A stretch of 32,000 bases of DNA from Candidatus Syntropharchaeum caldarium (lineage in GTDB: Archaea > Halobacteriota > Syntropharchaeia > Syntropharchaeales > Syntropharchaeaceae), in assembly GCA_001766815.1 (NCBI GenBank), contig LYOS01000001.1:270001-302000 (forward strand), read 5' to 3'. Of the stretch, positions 8,361-16,854 are shown piece after piece (position 1 is the first letter of the stretch; every line of letters starts with the position of its first letter). Made by a program: the position numbers and the translations under genes. The notes beneath the pieces are model-generated. The model worked only from the letters and a program-made list of their open reading frames with translations, was not told the DNA's origin and searched no databases.

Positions 8361-9575
8361 ATGATGCGAAAAGTTGGAAAGAATTTCATTATTATATCTG
8401 CTGTGCTTATATTGTTCATCACACAGTTCTCAGTAGCACTGGCAGAAGATACAAAGGTGAGTGTGAGTGCACCCGATGAGGTAAAGCCGGGTGATGTATT
8501 CAGTGCGTATATCATGATAGAGGATGTTACGGATTTTGTTGCAGGACAGTTTGATCTGAGCTTTGATTCGGATGTCATTACCGTGGTTGATGTTAAGAAC
8601 GGTGAGATAGAGAGTCAGGATGTTCCGATTCTTGCATGGAACTTCAAACCTGGAACTGATAACTATCTCAGGGTTGTATATGATCTTCCAGGTGCTGATG
8701 GTGTGAGTGGTTCAGGATATCTTGCAGAGATCATCTTTGAGGTTAAGGGTGCTGATGGGGATACAAGCAGCATAGAGATCTCAAATCTACAGCTCGGTAA
8801 CAAGAATGCAGAGGAGATTACAGCAGACTGGTCGAGCGGTGAAGTTAAGGTGGATGCCTCTGCAACACCCCAGCCAACAACAATTCAGGAGTCAACCTAT
8901 CAGGGAAGTTCTGGATATGCATTCAATGAAACTGAAACGAGCGGTGAGGCGACGATCACAACGAGTGAAAAAGTCACAAGATCGATTCCGGCTATTCAGG
9001 CAGGAACAAAGACCTCTGTTGTATTCAGTGATATGGATATCTCGATGATTACACTTGAGGTGGATCAGGATCTTTCCAATATTGAACTTTCGATGCAACC
9101 TCGGGATCTGCCCAGAGAGATACCTGAACCTGACGGAGTACTCTATAGCTCTTACGAGATAAAAGCAGAAGAGCTGGATGGAGTAGAAGTAACCGCAACG
9201 ATCGATTTCAGGGTTTTAAAGTCATGGATTGAAGAAAACAGTATAGATAAGGCAACGATCACGCTGAACCGCTATCACAATGGTAAGTGGCAGGAACTTC
9301 CAACTTTCATGGCAGGAGAAGATGAGAATTTTGTCAACTACCAGGCAGAGAGTACTGGTTTCTCGTACTTTGCGATAACAGGGGAGGTGGTTACCGGATC
9401 AGAGATGACACCTGCATCAAGGGATGCCACATCAACACCGATACCCACGACAACATCCCTCGAAGCAGAATCGACTGCTGGAACTGAGATAACGTGGGGT
9501 GTGATTATTGCAGCTATTCTTCTAACTGCTGTGATCTGTGCGGCAGTATTCATATTCCTCTCAAAGAGAAAGTAG
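8361..9575 (+). CDS. Membrane-anchored cohesin protein (signal peptide, one cohesin, PGF-pre-PGF-like domain, Thr-rich linker, C-terminal TM)
   Basis: The ORF-track entry begins at GTG 8355. ATG 8361/8364 behind the GAGGTG Shine-Dalgarno is the more likely start. Cohesin-like module at about 8445-8858 (GQFDLSFDSDVITVVDVKNGEI...LPGADGVSGSGYLAEIIFEVKGADGDTSSIEISN). Domain at about 8973-9387 ending ITLNRYHNGKWQELPT...ESTGFSYFAITGE, which from memory resembles the archaeal PGF-pre-PGF domain. C-terminus: STPIPTTTS...EITWGVIIAAILLTAVICAAVFIFLSKRK. Confidence 0.8.
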   Translation: MMRKVGKNFIIISAVLILFITQFSVALAEDTKVSVSAPDEVKPGDVFSAYIMIEDVTDFVAGQFDLSFDSDVITVVDVKNGEIESQDVPILAWNFKPGTDNYLRVVYDLPGADGVSGSGYLAEIIFEVKGADGDTSSIEISNLQLGNKNAEEITADWSSGEVKVDASATPQPTTIQESTYQGSSGYAFNETETSGEATITTSEKVTRSIPAIQAGTKTSVVFSDMDISMITLEVDQDLSNIELSMQPRDLPREIPEPDGVLYSSYEIKAEELDGVEVTATIDFRVLKSWIEENSIDKATITLNRYHNGKWQELPTFMAGEDENFVNYQAESTGFSYFAITGEVVTGSEMTPASRDATSTPIPTTTSLEAESTAGTEITWGVIIAAILLTAVICAAVFIFLSKRK

Positions 9576-9586
9576 AGTGGTGAGGG

Positions 9587-9625
9587 TTTTTTTTTGCTTT
9601 TTCTTTTTATTTTTTATTATATGTA
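9587..9625 (+). terminator. Oligo-T terminator region
   Basis: Directly after the TAG at 9575 there is a run of nine T followed by further T tracts (TTTTTTTTTGCTTTTTCTTTTTATTTTTTATTAT). Archaeal RNA polymerase terminates at oligo-T. Confidence 0.5.
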
Positions 9626-9691
9626 AACCCTGGTATTTTTAATGAGTATCTTATAATAGATAAAAATCAAAGACTTAATGTTACCAAATCC

Positions 9692-9706
9692 GAAAAGTTT
9701 ATTAAC
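9692..9706 (+). promoter_or_regulatory. Shared promoter cassette for the scaffoldin operon
   Basis: GAAAAGTTTATTAAC. TAAGAG starts exactly 26 nt after its last base, followed by a GGAGGAG Shine-Dalgarno (9741-9747) and the GTG at 9753. Confidence 0.5.
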
Positions 9707-9752
9707 TAATAAGTTGATTCGAAATACATTTTAAGAGTTAGGAGGAGTATAT

Positions 9753-11654
9753 GTGATAAAAGGTAAGATAGATGCAGTGGTGCTTGTGGCAGTTATGCTA
9801 CTTGCGCCAGTGGCGTATGCAGGTATGATGGGGAGCGTTGCAGCAACGAATATCCCAACAGTTACAGTCAGCGTGCCCGAGTATATCTCCGGAAGCTTCG
9901 AGGCAACGATCGAGGTGGAGGATGTTTCCAATCTCAACTCAGGGCAGTTTGACCTGACATTTGATCCGACCGTGATCAATGTGACAGATGTACTTGATGG
10001 TGAGATCGATGGTGTGACGATCCCGATCGATATGTGGGAGTTTATGAGTGATGATACGGTAAGGGTCCTCTTCAAGTTACCCGATGTTGATACTGCGAGT
10101 GGCTCAGGGTACCTTGCAAAGATCAGTTTCAAGGTGAAAGGGGAAGACGGTGATGCGAGCGAGCTTGAGATCTCAGAGGGATTGCTGGTTGACGTGGAGG
10201 CAGAAGATATCAACTCGGAATGGAATGATGCTGCGGTAACTGTTCTATGGCCGACGGTGCGTGTTAACACTCCCGAATATGTAACCACGAGCTTCGATAC
10301 CACAATCGAGGTGGAGGATATTTCTAATCTCAACTCAGGGCAGTTCGACCTGACATTTGATCCAGACGTGATCAATGTGACAGATGTACTTGATGGTGAG
10401 ATTGATGGCGTGACGATCCCGATCGATATGTGGGAGTTTATGAGTGATGATACGGTAAGGGTCCTCTTCAAGTTACCCGATGTTGATACTGCGAGTGGTT
10501 CAGGGTACCTTGCAAAGATAAACTTTGAGGTGAAAGGAGAGAATGGTGATACAAGTGAGCTTACAATCTCAGAGGGATTGCTGGTAGACTATGATGGGGA
10601 GGGAATGGATGCAAACTGGAATGGCGCTGCACTCACCGTTGCAATGGGTCCCTCAGTAACGATCAACGCTCCAGCAGCAGCATCAGATAGCTTTGAGGTT
10701 CAGGTCGAGATAGATGATGTGGAAGATCTCGATGCAGCCCAGTTTGATCTGAGCTTTGATCCGAATCTGCTCGCGGTTACATCCGTAAGCGATGGTGAGA
10801 TAGATGGTGAAGCTGTACCTGTTAAAAAGTGGAGCCTCGACCCGGCTGATCCAGGCAAACTCAGGGTGGTTCTCGATCTTCCAGGCGTTAAAGGTGTGAG
10901 CGGTTCAGGTGTGCTTGCAAGAATCGGTTTCGATCCTGTAGGGGATGGTGTGAGCGAGCTTGTACTCGATAATGTGACGCTGGGCGATATCAATGCAGAT
11001 GATATCAAAGGGGTACGGCTTGAAAGCTCAACAGTGGAGGTTACTCTACCCAGACCCGGTGGAACGGTCATATCAATCAGTGATATTGCAGCCATAGGGA
11101 CGATCACAGTACCGATTACAATCGAGAACGCCACGAATGTCGGCTCATGCGATCTGACTTTGAGTTATGATCCTACGATCGTTATCGTATCAGATGTTGG
11201 GGGAGGTGAGTTCGATAGCCTTCAGGCAAACCTTGAGGATGCATCTGATGGTATCATCCGAATCGGTACATACCAGACATCAAGCCCGGGCCTCAATGGC
11301 GACGTCGTACTTGCAGAGGTTACCCTCATGACAATGGGTGATATAGAGTCATCCACCACGCTTGATCTTGAGGTTACAACCCTGAAAGACGCAACGCCCG
11401 AATGCAACCCAATTCCATGCCTTGTCGAGGATGGAAGCTTCACCGTGCTTTTGAAGGGTGATGCAAACGGTGATGGCAGGATAGATATGGCAGATTGTAT
11501 GTATCTTGCGAAGAATATCCTGGGTATCAGCGGTTTTGAGCAAATCGTTGAGGCGGCTGTGGATGTCAACGGTGACGGTGAGATCGATATGGCAGATTGC
11601 ATGTATCTCGCAAAACACATCCTCGATATTGCTGGGTTTGAGGAGCTTAAGTGA
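9753..11654 (+). CDS. Secreted scaffoldin-like protein: four cohesin modules plus a C-terminal canonical dockerin
   Basis: 633 aa with a signal peptide. Modules 1 and 2 (about 9855-10250 and 10251-10646) are near-identical. Module 3 (about 10647-11036) is related to them; all three share the hallmark [SA][GA]QFDL[ST]FDP...DGEIDG...SGSG.LA.I.F. Module 4 (about 11037-11440) belongs to a different class (NVGSCDLTLSYDP...LKDATPECNPIP). The C-terminus (11454-11651) has two dockerin repeats: GDANGDGRIDMADCMYLAKNILGI and VDVNGDGEIDMADCMYLAKHILDI. Confidence 0.85.
   Translation: MIKGKIDAVVLVAVMLLAPVAYAGMMGSVAATNIPTVTVSVPEYISGSFEATIEVEDVSNLNSGQFDLTFDPTVINVTDVLDGEIDGVTIPIDMWEFMSDDTVRVLFKLPDVDTASGSGYLAKISFKVKGEDGDASELEISEGLLVDVEAEDINSEWNDAAVTVLWPTVRVNTPEYVTTSFDTTIEVEDISNLNSGQFDLTFDPDVINVTDVLDGEIDGVTIPIDMWEFMSDDTVRVLFKLPDVDTASGSGYLAKINFEVKGENGDTSELTISEGLLVDYDGEGMDANWNGAALTVAMGPSVTINAPAAASDSFEVQVEIDDVEDLDAAQFDLSFDPNLLAVTSVSDGEIDGEAVPVKKWSLDPADPGKLRVVLDLPGVKGVSGSGVLARIGFDPVGDGVSELVLDNVTLGDINADDIKGVRLESSTVEVTLPRPGGTVISISDIAAIGTITVPITIENATNVGSCDLTLSYDPTIVIVSDVGGGEFDSLQANLEDASDGIIRIGTYQTSSPGLNGDVVLAEVTLMTMGDIESSTTLDLEVTTLKDATPECNPIPCLVEDGSFTVLLKGDANGDGRIDMADCMYLAKNILGISGFEQIVEAAVDVNGDGEIDMADCMYLAKHILDIAGFEELK
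9855..10646 (+). repeat. Tandem 396-bp (132-codon) duplication: cohesin modules 1 and 2
   Basis: ATCGAGGTGGAGGAT occurs at 9909 and 10305, an offset of 396 nt. By eye there are about 9 mismatches over the next 215 nt or so, including a perfectly identical run of about 89 nt (GTGACGATCCCGATCGATATGTGGGAG...GATACTGCGAGTGG). Confidence 0.85.
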
Positions 11655-11661
11655 GGTGGTT

Positions 11662-12816
11662 ATGAAGATAGTAGCTTTCCTGTTTGCTATCTGCCTGCTG
11701 GGGTTATCTATAGGCACGGTGGCATCAGCAGGTGAGTGCAGGGTTGTGGTGGAAGATCTCAGAGTGACATCAGAGACTGTTAATATTCCTGTGAGGATTA
11801 TGGACGCAGAGAAGATCGGTTCATGTGACCTGATTCTCACCTTCAACCCATCCTCCTTCATTGTAACAGATATCACAGCAGGGGATTTTGATACGACCAT
11901 CTGGAACCTTGAGACTGCAAACTCAGGTCAGGTGAGAATCGGTGGATTCCAGACCACAAGCGATGGACTTGATGGAGAAGTTCTCGTTGCGACGATCGTC
12001 TTCGAGCGTGTGGGGGGAGACTCAACTCCAATCAACATTCAGGTTAAAACCCTGAAGGATGCAACACCTGCCTGCAATCCGATCCCCTATACGATCGAGA
12101 ACGGGAGACTATTCACAGGAGGATCCGACTACATCGGAAGCAGAGGGTACGGAGATCTTCCCATCTCAACCCACAGCATCAATACGACAGAGGTTACAAG
12201 ACGGATTCCCCTGATCGAGGCTGGCAGGGAAGCTTCTGTGATCTTCAGGGATATGGTAATCTCGATGATAACGATCCTGACAGAAGAGGATCTGAGGGAT
12301 ATTGCACTATCTCTTCAGGAGTTTGATGGAAAGCCACCTGTTACATCTACTCCTGATGCTATTCCCTATGCCTACTTTGAGATAGAAGCGGATGGCTTGA
12401 ACACAGCAGACGTAAAGGCAGGGATCAGTTTCAGGGTTCCACAGTCATGGATCTATGAGAACAAAATCGATGCGCAAACGATCACGTTGAACCAATACAA
12501 TGGCGGATGGATCTCGCTTCCAACTGTCAGGATCGATGACGATGATGAGTTTATTACATTCAAATCAGAGACGAGTGAGTTCTCCTACTTTGTGATAACA
12601 GGTGAGAGGATGGAATCAACTGGACAGGTTGAATCATCAACTGAGATTGACAGAAGCAATACAGTAACTTCCAGGCCAACACCGATGACAGGCGAGGCGG
12701 GGGCAACTCCTGCACAGCCAGCATCTTTGAGCTGGAGCTATGTGCTCCTTGCTGTAATCGGAACGATACTTGTATGTGGAGCGATATTCCTTGCGATCTC
12801 AAGAAGGAGGAGATAA
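11662..12816 (+). CDS. Membrane-anchored cohesin protein, second class (signal peptide, one cohesin, PGF-pre-PGF-like domain, C-terminal TM)
   Basis: The ORF-track entry 11506..12816 is trimmed to ATG 11662 (MKIVAFLFAICLLGLSIGTVASA), which has a GAGGTGG Shine-Dalgarno and lies 7 nt after the scaffoldin stop. The cohesin (about 11731-12115: KIGSCDLILTFNPSS...LKDATPACNPIP) matches scaffoldin module 4. The domain at about 12190-12606 (ITLNQYNGGWISLPT...ETSEFSYFVITGE) parallels the one in 8361..9575. C-terminus: SLSWSYVLLAVIGTILVCGAIFLAISRRRR. Confidence 0.8.
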   Translation: MKIVAFLFAICLLGLSIGTVASAGECRVVVEDLRVTSETVNIPVRIMDAEKIGSCDLILTFNPSSFIVTDITAGDFDTTIWNLETANSGQVRIGGFQTTSDGLDGEVLVATIVFERVGGDSTPINIQVKTLKDATPACNPIPYTIENGRLFTGGSDYIGSRGYGDLPISTHSINTTEVTRRIPLIEAGREASVIFRDMVISMITILTEEDLRDIALSLQEFDGKPPVTSTPDAIPYAYFEIEADGLNTADVKAGISFRVPQSWIYENKIDAQTITLNQYNGGWISLPTVRIDDDDEFITFKSETSEFSYFVITGERMESTGQVESSTEIDRSNTVTSRPTPMTGEAGATPAQPASLSWSYVLLAVIGTILVCGAIFLAISRRRR

Positions 12817-12822
12817 AACGAT

Positions 12823-12845
12823 CCGGGCGGAATCCCGGTTTTTAT
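12823..12845 (+). terminator. Hairpin plus T-tract after the cohesin operon
   Basis: CCGGG (12823-12827) pairs with CCCGG (12834-12838) around a 6-nt loop, followed by TTTTTATTT. Confidence 0.45.
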
Positions 12846-12876
12846 TTAATTTGAATGAAGTAAGGAGGTATGGCGA

Positions 12877-13139
12877 ATGAATCTGAATAAGATTGGTAGT
12901 TTAGCGATGGCAACTTTGATAGTCCTTGCGTCTGTTACGCTTCTGAGCATTGTGCCAGTATCGGCATCAGATGATTTCACATTGGGCATCTATGGCAATG
13001 CAAACCAGGATGATACAATCGATATGCGGGATGTCACAAAGATCGCACGGATGATCTGCTGGCTCGAGGATGAGGTGGATTTAGCAGATGCAAAGTACGA
13101 TGGGAATATAAATGTGCTTGATATAATCCAGACCGAGCT
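12877..13139 (+). repeat. Signal-peptide plus dockerin cassette, copy 1 (subtype 1)
   Basis: I count 6 mismatches in 263 nt against 18902-19164. Similarity ends abruptly after GAGCT, where the binding-protein domains begin. Confidence 0.9.
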
Positions 13140-14157
13140 GACCATTCTGCGGAGAGATAAAACTCTGACGGTAATCGATGATACCGGAGAGGCAGTAACA
13201 CTATCCAAGCCGGTAGAGAGCTTTGTGTATCATGGACATAACTCATACGTCTATGAAACACTGCGTGCAATCGGTGTAGCAGACAAGATCGTTGGTACCA
13301 GCGATCGATTCGTCACACCAGGCAAGTGCAGATATAGCGAGGCTTATTACCCCGAGCTCTGTGGTTTTACGAATGTTGGCATACTTAAATCACCTGACTA
13401 CGAAGTGGTAAACACGCTGAGACCGGATCTCGTGATTAGCGATGCAGAGGAGTACTACGACCGTACAAAGACGCCAGACATTCCTGTTATAGCCCTAGAT
13501 GTGAGACTTTCAAACTTCAGAGAGGCAACGATGAAATTCGGGTACATCTTCGATAGCGTGGAGAAGGCAGAGGAGTACATCAACTGGTATGACGGTTGGG
13601 AAGAAACGGTCAATGAGAAAGTCGAAACGATTTCAGATGATGAGAAGCCGCTGGTACTCATCTGTTACTACAAGCCAGGTACAACGTCATTCTCGATACC
13701 TGTCAGGGACCATTACAGAAGCGTGATGGTTCATGCAGCAGGAGGGAAATGCGTGGGAGATGAATTTGATGGTACGGGCTACGTTAAGGTAGATGCCGAA
13801 TGGGTGATAGACCGAAATCCAGATGTCATCATATTTTCAGGGGCAAACCAGTATGTCGGATATGATATCGAGGATCCATCAGATGCAATCGCACTGATAA
13901 ATGACTTCACAAGCCAACCTGAGCTTGCTGAGGTCAATGCGGTAAAGAACAACAGGGTGTATCTGGTAAGTCATTCGTTTATCCTTTGTGGGGGTGCAAG
14001 CGGTCTCATAGGCACGGTATACTACGCAAAATGGATGTATCCTGAGCTTTTCGCAGATATGGATGCACAGGAGATGCAGCAGGAGTTCGTGACAGACTTT
14101 CAGCATCTGGATCTGAATGTAGAGAACTGCTACTGTGTATATCCACCACCGGCCTGA
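12877..14157 (+). CDS. FecB/BtuF-type (iron-chelate/corrinoid class) ABC substrate-binding protein with an N-terminal dockerin
   Basis: 426 aa. Signal peptide ending VPVSA/SDD with no lipobox Cys. Dockerin at about 12991-13149 with two Ca-loop repeats (NANQDDTIDMRD..., DAKYDGNINVLD...). The remainder resembles the periplasmic-binding-protein type 2 fold (TLTVIDDTGEAVTLSKPVESFV..., RPDLVIS, DRNPDVIIFSG). An FecCD permease and an ATPase follow directly. Confidence 0.85.
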   Translation: MNLNKIGSLAMATLIVLASVTLLSIVPVSASDDFTLGIYGNANQDDTIDMRDVTKIARMICWLEDEVDLADAKYDGNINVLDIIQTELTILRRDKTLTVIDDTGEAVTLSKPVESFVYHGHNSYVYETLRAIGVADKIVGTSDRFVTPGKCRYSEAYYPELCGFTNVGILKSPDYEVVNTLRPDLVISDAEEYYDRTKTPDIPVIALDVRLSNFREATMKFGYIFDSVEKAEEYINWYDGWEETVNEKVETISDDEKPLVLICYYKPGTTSFSIPVRDHYRSVMVHAAGGKCVGDEFDGTGYVKVDAEWVIDRNPDVIIFSGANQYVGYDIEDPSDAIALINDFTSQPELAEVNAVKNNRVYLVSHSFILCGGASGLIGTVYYAKWMYPELFADMDAQEMQQEFVTDFQHLDLNVENCYCVYPPPA

Positions 14158-14161
14158 AGCT

Positions 14162-15238
14162 ATGAGTGCAGCAGAGATAACCGTGACGGATAGCGGTGCC
14201 CAGGAGGAATATAAAAAGTACATCGGGAGGAAGATTACATTTATCCTTTCCTCCTTCCTTCTTTTAATTCTCATCTTTGGCATATCCGCATCACTTGGAT
14301 CGGCAGATATAACGATATGGGATGCGTATGCTGCATTTCTTCATAGATTTTTCCCGGATCACTTCCATACAAGCTGGCTTGCAGATACATGCGTCTGGAA
14401 TCTGAGGCTTCCTCGCATCATGCTTGGCATCATCGCCGGTACCGGTCTTGCGATAGCAGGATCTGTGATGCAGGGGGTACTCAAGAATCCTCTTGCAAGT
14501 CCCTATACGCTTGGGATTTCAGCAGGTGCCGGTTTTGGCGCATCTCTTGCTATAATCGCAGGCGCAGGTTTTGTTGGAGGGGAGTATCTCATAATAGGAA
14601 ATGCTTTTGTCTTTGCAATCTTATGTTCATTCATCATCATCGGTTTTGCAAGCAGAAGAGGGGCGACACCTGAGACGATGATCCTTGCAGGTATCGCAAT
14701 TCTCTATATATTCTCTGCATCCACAACACTACTCCAGTACTTTGGCGAGGAGGAGGCTGTGGCACAATCGGTATTCTGGATGGTTGGTGATCTTGACAGG
14801 GCATCGTGGGGCAATGTAACGATGGCTGGTATCGTGGTTGCAGCCTGTGTCCCTTTACTTATGATAAAATCATGGGATCTCAATGCGCTGACTGCTGGTG
14901 ATGAGGCAGCACAGAGTATGGGTGTAAATGTTAAGCGTGTCAGAGTATTTACCATGCTGCTTGTAAGCCTTCTCGTTGCCAGCATCGTCTGCTTCACAGG
15001 TACGATCGGTTTCATAGGGCTTGTTGCACCGCATATAACGCGCATTGCCATTGGGGGGGATAATAGATTTTTACTTCCGGCATCAGGTCTGGCGGGTGCA
15101 GTGTTACTTGTTGGAGCGGATATCGTAGCAAGAAGAATTATTGCACCGGTTATTATCCCTGTGGGCGCGATTACAGCCTTTATGGGGGGTCCCCTGTTTT
15201 TGTATCTTATAATGAGAATGAGGAGGGAGTACTTTTGA
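14162..15238 (+). CDS. FecCD/BtuC-family ABC permease
   Basis: Polytopic membrane protein with the family-typical C-terminus GADIVARRIIAPVIIPVGAITAFMGGPLFLYLI. The start is trimmed to ATG 14162, 4 nt after the binding-protein stop. The ORF-track start 14135 would overlap that gene. Confidence 0.85.
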   Translation: MSAAEITVTDSGAQEEYKKYIGRKITFILSSFLLLILIFGISASLGSADITIWDAYAAFLHRFFPDHFHTSWLADTCVWNLRLPRIMLGIIAGTGLAIAGSVMQGVLKNPLASPYTLGISAGAGFGASLAIIAGAGFVGGEYLIIGNAFVFAILCSFIIIGFASRRGATPETMILAGIAILYIFSASTTLLQYFGEEEAVAQSVFWMVGDLDRASWGNVTMAGIVVAACVPLLMIKSWDLNALTAGDEAAQSMGVNVKRVRVFTMLLVSLLVASIVCFTGTIGFIGLVAPHITRIAIGGDNRFLLPASGLAGAVLLVGADIVARRIIAPVIIPVGAITAFMGGPLFLYLIMRMRREYF

Positions 15239-16008
15239 AACTTAAAGTAAACAATGTTGAATTCAGCTATAATAGCACGCCAGTTCTTGAAGATGTATCT
15301 ATGGAACTGGATCGATCAGAGATGCTCGGGATCGTTGGTCCGAATGGTGCTGGCAAATCCACGCTGATCCGGTGTATAGATAGGATCTTAAAGCCAACAC
15401 AGGGGAGCATTCATCTTGACGGGCAGGAAATAGAGGAGATGGGCATGATGGAGATCGCAAGGCACATCGGATATGTGCCGCAGAGTTATTCTGGTGTGTT
15501 TCCAGCAACGGTCTTTGATACGGTTCTTGTGGGCAGGCGCCCTCACATCGGATGGCGGAGCAGTGAATCAGACGAAGATAAGGTATGGGCGATACTGAAG
15601 ATGATGGGAATCGAGGATCTCGCCATGCGGGACTGGAGCGAGCTCAGCGGTGGTCAACAGCAGAAGGTGTTGATTGCAAGAGCGCTTGCCCAGGAGGCGG
15701 GCACGCTCTTACTCGATGAGCCCACTTCAAACCTTGACATAAGACACCAGATCGAGGTGATGGAAATCCTGAAGGATCTCGTGGAGAAAAAGGGGATCTC
15801 AGCGATAATGGCAGTCCATGACCTGAACCTTGCATCAAGATACACGGATCGTGTGATCATCATGAAAAACGGCAGAATATTTGACGCAGGCAGTCCCCTG
15901 GATGTCCTCACGCCTGAGAATATCAGATCGGTCTATGGCGTCGAGGTTGAGGTGGTCAACAGTAGCAGTGGAAAGCCACATATCGTGCCTGTGAGGTCTG
16001 TAACATAG
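15235..16008 (+). CDS. ABC ATPase, iron-chelate/cobalamin (FepC/BtuD) type
   Basis: Walker A GPNGAGKST, signature LSGGQQQK, Walker B LLLDEPTSNLD. The TTG start overlaps the permease stop (TTGA at 15235-15238), with an AGGAGGGA Shine-Dalgarno upstream. Confidence 0.9.
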   Translation: MKLKVNNVEFSYNSTPVLEDVSMELDRSEMLGIVGPNGAGKSTLIRCIDRILKPTQGSIHLDGQEIEEMGMMEIARHIGYVPQSYSGVFPATVFDTVLVGRRPHIGWRSSESDEDKVWAILKMMGIEDLAMRDWSELSGGQQQKVLIARALAQEAGTLLLDEPTSNLDIRHQIEVMEILKDLVEKKGISAIMAVHDLNLASRYTDRVIIMKNGRIFDAGSPLDVLTPENIRSVYGVEVEVVNSSSGKPHIVPVRSVT

Positions 16009-16044
16009 AAATGGGTCTGAGAGAATATCTGGGGGAAGTGAATC

Positions 16045-16854
16045 ATGGAAAAAGAAAAAGGAGAAATCGAATCTGATTGGGTAAAGGAGAAGATAAAAGA
16101 ATACTGGGATCTTACAAAGGAGCATGCTTTCTTCAAGGATGATGAGGAAGAAAAGGCATGGAGAAACTTTCTCTATGAAGAGTTTGGTGTAGAAAAACTA
16201 AAAATACTGGATGTTGGCACTGGTAACGGCTCTCTGGCACTTCTTCTTTCCGAGATAGGGCATGATGTTGTGGGAATTGACATATCAGATGGAATGTTAT
16301 CCGTAGCGAGAACGAAGGCAGAGGAGAGAGGAGTTAATCCAGATCTAAGGATTGGTGATGCTGAATCACTGGAATTCGAGGACGAAAGCTTCGATGCAGT
16401 CGTTAGCCGGATCGTCCTCTGGACACTCCCACATCCTGAGAGGGCTATAGCTGAGTGGAAGCGGGTGCTTAAGCCCGATGGGATGGTGTACACGTTTGAG
16501 ATCGATTCATCCGGCAGAAGGAGGCCCGGGTGGATTAAGAGAAATCTGGGACTTTTCTTGATTACCTTATCTGAGCGAAAGAATGCATGGAAGAGGTCAA
16601 ATTACAGCAAAGAAGTGAACGAAAAACTGCCGCTTGGCTTCGAGAAACCTTCTTCAACTATCATCAATAAGGTGGAACTTTTCAGGAAGGGTGGATTTGA
16701 GGATGTCTCGGTCTTTGCGATGGAAGAGGTGAGCGAGATATCCCGGAAGAATCGGGAGGACGTTTCACTGGGATATAAACTTGCACGGGGTGACATTGGC
16801 AATCATGCATGGTACTACATCAGGGGCTGTAAACCCGAGCAGGTGATGATATGA
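16045..16854 (+). CDS. Class I SAM-dependent methyltransferase (paralog 1)
   Basis: SAM motif I ILDVGTGNGSLALLL, then DVVGIDISDGML, GDAESLEFEDESFDAVVS and WKRVLKPDGMV. Starts 36 nt after the ABC ATPase gene. Confidence 0.85.
   Translation: MEKEKGEIESDWVKEKIKEYWDLTKEHAFFKDDEEEKAWRNFLYEEFGVEKLKILDVGTGNGSLALLLSEIGHDVVGIDISDGMLSVARTKAEERGVNPDLRIGDAESLEFEDESFDAVVSRIVLWTLPHPERAIAEWKRVLKPDGMVYTFEIDSSGRRRPGWIKRNLGLFLITLSERKNAWKRSNYSKEVNEKLPLGFEKPSSTIINKVELFRKGGFEDVSVFAMEEVSEISRKNREDVSLGYKLARGDIGNHAWYYIRGCKPEQVMI

Noticed and set aside
9731-10471. 246-aa minus-strand ORF antisense to the scaffoldin gene
   Set aside because: It lies wholly inside a well-supported cohesin-coding region. Its translation is low-complexity Ser/Thr-rich and simply mirrors the tandem repeat on the other strand. 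It has no promoter or Shine-Dalgarno. The same applies to 10700-11134, 11222-11620 and 11349-11900.
11506-11661. N-terminal extension of ORF 11506..12816 (similar extensions at 14135-14161 and 21981-22034)
   Set aside because: The extensions overlap the preceding gene or a terminator-like region and encode no signal peptide. The internal ATGs (11662, 14162, 22035) have Shine-Dalgarno sequences or match paralog N-termini.
8355-12816. The cohesin-dockerin genes as a classical polysaccharide-degrading cellulosome
   Set aside because: I recognised no glycoside hydrolase, carbohydrate-binding module or other degradative enzyme in the window. The only dockerin-bearing partners present are transporter binding proteins and the scaffoldin itself.
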